63,941 nt of DNA from positions 87,851,844 through 87,915,784 of the forward strand of contig NC_068981.1 in assembly GCF_001194135.2 (NCBI RefSeq), given 5' to 3'. This document shows positions 55,101-61,100 of the stretch, one piece after another; positions within the stretch are counted from its first letter, which is position 1; each line of letters begins with the position of its first letter. The notes under the pieces are model-generated. The model worked only from the letters and a program-made list of their open reading frames with translations. It was not told the DNA's origin and did no database searches. The position numbers were made by a program, and so were the translations under genes. The stretch is from Octopus bimaculoides (Eukaryota).

Positions 55101-58100
55101 TATGCGCCTCCATTCAAGCATCTCAACAATATCACCAGACCTACCTTTCAGTGTGCCGACGTTGAGAGTGCCAATTCTGATGGTGTGGGAGGTGTGGGCC
55201 TGGGATAAGGGAAAGCAGTGTCATGTACCTGAAAAGAAAGCATGCAATGACTAAATTAATAGAATATTTAACTTGAGCTGAACTGATCATTTAAATGGTT
55301 CATTTTTCTGTTAAATTTAGTCACAAAATGAACATTAGAAAATAGATACATCACATTCTTCAGTTAGAAAATAGATACATCATACTTCAGTTAGAGAATA
55401 GATACGCTTCAGTTAGAAAATAGATACATCACATTCTTCATTCCCATGTAGTCAAACTTTTACTGGCAATAAATGAAATTTAACTCTTTTCTTGCTGGCC
55501 CACTTTTTTTTTCTTTGGATTATTAGTAATACTGACACAATAGTGTTTTGAACAGAACCTCATTTTTGTCATTTTTTTGCAAAAATCAGTACTTCAAAAT
55601 TATTTAATCTTCCGTATCCATTAGATCCCTTAGCAAATATGGAACTTCATGACAAGCATATGAAGTCATTTCAAAACATAAAGATAAAATTATCTTTGCT
55701 GTCATCATCATCATCGTTTAACGTCCGCTTTCCATGCTAGCATGGGTTGGACGATTTGACTGAGGACTGGTGAAACCGGATGGCAACACCAGGCTCCAGT
55801 CTGATTTGGCAGAGTTTCTACAGCTGGATGCCCTTCCTAACGCCAACCACTCAGAGAGTGTAGTGGGTGCTTTTACGTGTCACCCGCACGAAAACGGCCA
55901 CGCTCGAAATGGTGTCTTTTATGTGCCACCCGCGCAAGCCAGTCCAGGGGCACTGGCAACGATCTCGCTCGAAAATCCTACAGGAGCCAGTCAGGCGGTA
56001 CTGGCAACAGCCGAATAGAAAAACTAAGGATTTATATTTCTTTTATTTTAGATCTCGGTTTATTTTCTACAAAGTCTTTAGTTGAAGCTAATGCTGACCA
56101 TCGTGTTGAAGTACGAACACAAGTAAGAAATTTATTCTTTCTTTCTTTTCCTTTCAGGTATTCTTATTTGACAAGTTTCTCATCATATGTTACAGCTGCT
56201 TTTCTTTTGAATATAAAGCAAAGGAAACTGTATATAGACTTCCATTGGCTGTATATTTTGTGCCTAGGAAATTAATATTTTATTACAGGTCACTAAAAAT
56301 GAGTATCACATTTACGTCATTGTTAAATTATTAGTTTTAAGGAAGATATCTTGTTATAAAATATTTGGCCCCACAAATCAAGCAAAGGCTAATGAAAGAG
56401 TGAATAGTAGAAGGGCCTGTTTTAAATATGAAATATTTTATTCCAAAAACTTTTCCAATTTACTCCTATATTTTAGCGTCAACAACCTCCTGATGAAAAC
56501 AAAGATCAGTATGGAAACAACCTTTGGTATTGTGAAAGTAGTCGGGGCCATACTTGTGTAGCTAAATATGCACAATACCAGGCCTCATCATTCCAGGAAT
56601 CCTTAAAGGTAAGATTTATTTTACATAGACAAGTCACAAATCCCTTCAGGTAGATGGCCCTGCTCAATCTGTAGAAAAGGTGTAGGTAGAAACTCCATAA
56701 GATGCATCCAGCTTTGGACACATAAAAGGTGCAGCAACATCAGAGGAAGGTTAACAGGGAAACTAACTTTTGTATGTGGAAGGTGCACAGGTACAATAAA
56801 CGCTGAAAATAAACAGAAAATAGACTCCATCAACTGCCAGTGGGGCAAGCTAGAGGTAGTAGATAGCTTCTGTTATCTACGTGACCAAGTTAGTGGAGGG
56901 GGATGCTCCGAGAACATAACTGTGAGAATAAGATTAGGCTGGGCAAAGTTCAAAGAGCTCCTACCCCTGCTAGCAACAAAGGGTTTCTTTCTCAGAGTGA
57001 AAGGCAGATTGTTTGATGCCTGTGTATGAACAGCTACACTGCATGGCTGTAAAACATGGGCTATGACAGCTGAGGACATGCATAGGCTTTGAAGAAATGA
57101 AGCCAGTATGCTTCACTGGATGTGCAATGTCAGTGTATATGTTCAACAGTGTGTAAGCATCTTAAGAGAAAAGTTAGGCATAAGAGGAATCAGATGTGGT
57201 GTGCAAGAGAGACGACTGTGCAGGTATGATCATGTGATGCATATGGACAGGGACAGCTGTATAAAGAAGTGCCGATCTCTAACTGTGGAAGGAGCCTGTG
57301 GTAGAGGTATACTCAGAAAGATATAGGATGAGGTGGTGAAGCATGATCTTCAAACTTTGAACCTCATAGAGACAATGACTGGTGACCGAGACCTTTGGCA
57401 ATATTATGTGCTTGAGAAGACCCGTCAAGCCAAGTGCACCTGTGCTGGTGGCATGTAAAGAACATCTTTTGAATGTTGGGCCTCATGGGCAAAGTAGCTG
57501 AGTTCCTTTCAAGTGTTGGGCCTCACAGAGGCAATGACCAAGGCCTTTGGCATTATGTTGTGCTTGAGAAGAAGACCCATCAAACCAGGCAAAATCGCAG
57601 TCATGGCAGATACCAGTGTCACACAAATCCTGGTTTCATGCAAATGGCACCTGTGCTGGTGGCACATAAAAGCACCCATTACACTCTCGGAGTGGTTGGC
57701 GTTAAGAAAGGCACCCAACCAAAGAAAACCATGCGAAATCAGACTGGAGCTTGGTGCAGCCTTCCAGTGTGCCAGCCCAGTCAAACTGTCCAACCCATGC
57801 CAGCATGGACAACAGATGTTAAATGATGATGATGATGATAATCTAATTTTGAAATGCAATATTGACAATGCATTGTGCTCTTAGATAAACTACATTATTA
57901 AAAATCTGCCAGTCACCTACCATTCTGGCAGACACACTAGCCAAATTGACTACATCCTTGTGCTGATGCCAGGAGTCGTATGATTGTAAGTGTTGTATTT
58001 AAGGTTGTTCTTAATTGTTGTTGTTGTTTGGTTGGTTATTTCTGCTGTATAATTGGGATAAATTTTATGTCATTTTGTTAAGTATGCAATTTGGATTCTT

Positions 58101-61100
58101 AAATAATTTTTGTTCTTGAATGTATGTACTACATATCTATGTTGTCTGGCTAAACTGGTCCCACTAAACTGTGTGCTGCAAATTGGATTTTATCTTCTTT
58201 GGGAAACAGTGGCATTTGATCCTTTCATAAGCAGTGGAAGGCTTTTATTTGTGTCATTAGATTCTATTAAAATGGTAATAAGTAGGTAGGTCAAAGAATG
58301 TTTATAAGTTTGTTGTGCAATAGTTATCAATAATGAGTTGTAGAGGGGATATTTATTTTATCTTTGTGATGGTTTTGGGTTCATTTCCCTCTGTGCAGCA
58401 CCTTGGGCAAGTCTTTTCTCATACAGCCTTGGGCCAACCAATACCTTGTGAGTTGATTTGGAACATGGTAACTAAACGAGTCTCATATAAATGACTGTGT
58501 GCCTGTCTGATTACGTTTGTGCTTCTCTGAGAATCACCGAGTTACAAGCAGTAATGTCGTTATCTCCCCTGTCAACAAATCACCTGCTGGCTTTGCATTT
58601 CAATATGTGGAGTAAGAGATGACTTACTTGTAAATGACTAATGGCTGGTAACAGAAGGATTGTAAAACAATTAATATTAGATCCATACTAACATAGAGAA
58701 ACAAATATAAAAACAACCCAAAAATATTGTAAATTTAGAAAGAATGACATTGTTAATTTTTTTTTTTCAAATACACATTATTTTATAGTGCAATGGTTAA
58801 CAATTAAGATTGTATGAAAAACTTTTATAAGATTTTGTGGTGTAGATTTTCTGACTTCTATTTTATCATTTTTAGTAAAGCATTATACTAGTTAAGAAAT
58901 TAACTTGATCATACAAACCAAAAAAAAAGAATTGATTATCCCTTCTTCTGTTTCCAGGAAGAGCAGGAGAAAGTGAGGGGTAACTACCGGGAAACAGACA
59001 GTGATTCAAATTCATCCTCATCTTCAAAACCGTAAGTGAAATTTTTATTATCTCTTGTCAAGATTTTATAACTTTTTAAATATCTACTTACTACCTGATA
59101 AGTGCAAAAACAATAACCATTAAACTCTACATATTTTTGCTGACAAGAAAGGAGCCTATTTATCCCTGTAGCATAGAATTCTGGAACCAATTGATTCTTC
59201 AAAAGTATTTTGAACTACTGCTTGATTATTGAAAACCTTTTTTTATAATGAGTCATCAATTTTCTTGTAATATTTCTCTGCTATGATGTTTTTCACTAGG
59301 ATTTAAGAAATAGTAGTGAACAGACCATCAAACAGTGACCTTTATTTGACGCACCTTTTGTTTGAGAGAGTTTTTGATGCTTCTCCTGGGTCAAATCCCT
59401 TTTTTTTTCCATGTTACAATATATTTTTAAAAACAGGATTTTTTTAGTTTAATTTTTTATTCGAGGAAAGTACAGAGCAGACTTCATAACAGTAATTGTT
59501 GTGTGGCATCCATTTGATAAGCTAGTCTGCCTTTCCAGTCTATAAATGTTGGATGGCTGTTGAATAACCAACTTTTGGGTCTTCTGTTTTGCAAGTTGCT
59601 TTGCATGTGCCTGCTTTGAAAATAGCCCTCAGTTGCTTGTTGGCTGTCATAGAAGGCTGTAAGCTTCCTTCTTCATATTTAAGAATCTCATTTCCATTAC
59701 CACTACAATAGTGTTAAGCTGTACCTTATCTGCAAATTGATAGAGTGAATGAATTTGCTATAACTATGAAAATCTAATTTTAAAAAATTCTTCTACTTGT
59801 TTTGATCTCCTTCATATGGCTTCAGAAGAAATGACAAATATGAAATAAAATGAGTTTTTTTTTATTTCTAATTGTAAAATTTCAAATTTTTATTCTTCAA
59901 TTTCTTTTTTTTTTTTTTTTTTTNNNNNNNNNNTTTTTTTTTTTTTTTTCCCCCCGCATTAACAGAAAAGTGAAACTCATAAAATTTGGTACAAATGTTG
60001 ACTTATCTGATGAAAAGAAGTGGCGGCAACAGTTACATGAACTTACAAAGTTACCTGTATTTACTAGGGTATGTAATTGTAATAGAACTTTATAACAAGA
60101 TGTATATTTGCATGTGAACACACATATTTTACATTCCAGAAAAATATCCTTTCAGACTATGAGATGCATAGCCAGATTTCAGATGACTAACAAAATATAA
60201 TTGATAGTCTAGATTATCTAATTACTTCACAAGTTGATGTAGTGAAACCATAATTGCCTGTAGGAAGAAGTGAAAGATATTTGTTGAGTTGTTGCTTCTT
60301 TTAGCAAATAATGGTCTTCTTCATACAAAGTAGTGTAAGGAGTGAAAGATCTGCGGTGGCTGATGTGAGACAAAAATGATCCATTGGAAATGTTTCATAG
60401 CATAGTCAATATTTTGTGGTATTCAATGATATCCCTTTTTATTACATTTCAAATCCAACATGCATAAAAGGCTGAAGTGAACTGAGCAGATGGCTAGACA
60501 CCAAATGCATCAGCCAGTGAGAGCCAGTGAATTGGAATGAACATGGGAAGTGAATAAAGATGAATGCTATATTTTAAAAATGCACTGTTCTAGGAAAAGA
60601 AGTGAAAAGTTGTGCAATCAGATCTCAAAATATTGTGTTTGACAGAAGAGATGACAAAAGACCAAGTTAGCTGTACACATTACCTGTCCAATATATCTTG
60701 TATGGAAAAAAGGACATTAAAATATTGATAATGTATATAAATATATACACATCACTTACTCAGATTTATATACAGTAAATTTATTATTGGCAGGCAATTA
60801 TTAGTTTGCATCCTGTCACTTTAATAAAATAGCTGTTAAGGGAAGTGTACAGTTTGTCTCCATTGTCTTCATTAAGGTAGCTGTTTTTCCACCTTACAGT
60901 ATTGAGCTCAGACTGCCTCACAAGCCTGTATATATCCTTTCTTGGCAGGGTGTTCCTGGAATTATGGGATATTTCCTTTTTATATACTTCTTATACTTCC
61001 ATGTATCAGTAAAATCATTACAAGTAGATCTAAAAGTACTTCGACATTTATTTAAATTTTCTCAATTATGTGAATTCTTGGATTGTAGGTTGTGTCTGCA

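Noticed and set aside
53254-55440. Short direct-repeat arrays considered as CRISPR-like
   Set aside because: Eukaryotic intron, tandem units without unique spacers, and no cas genes.
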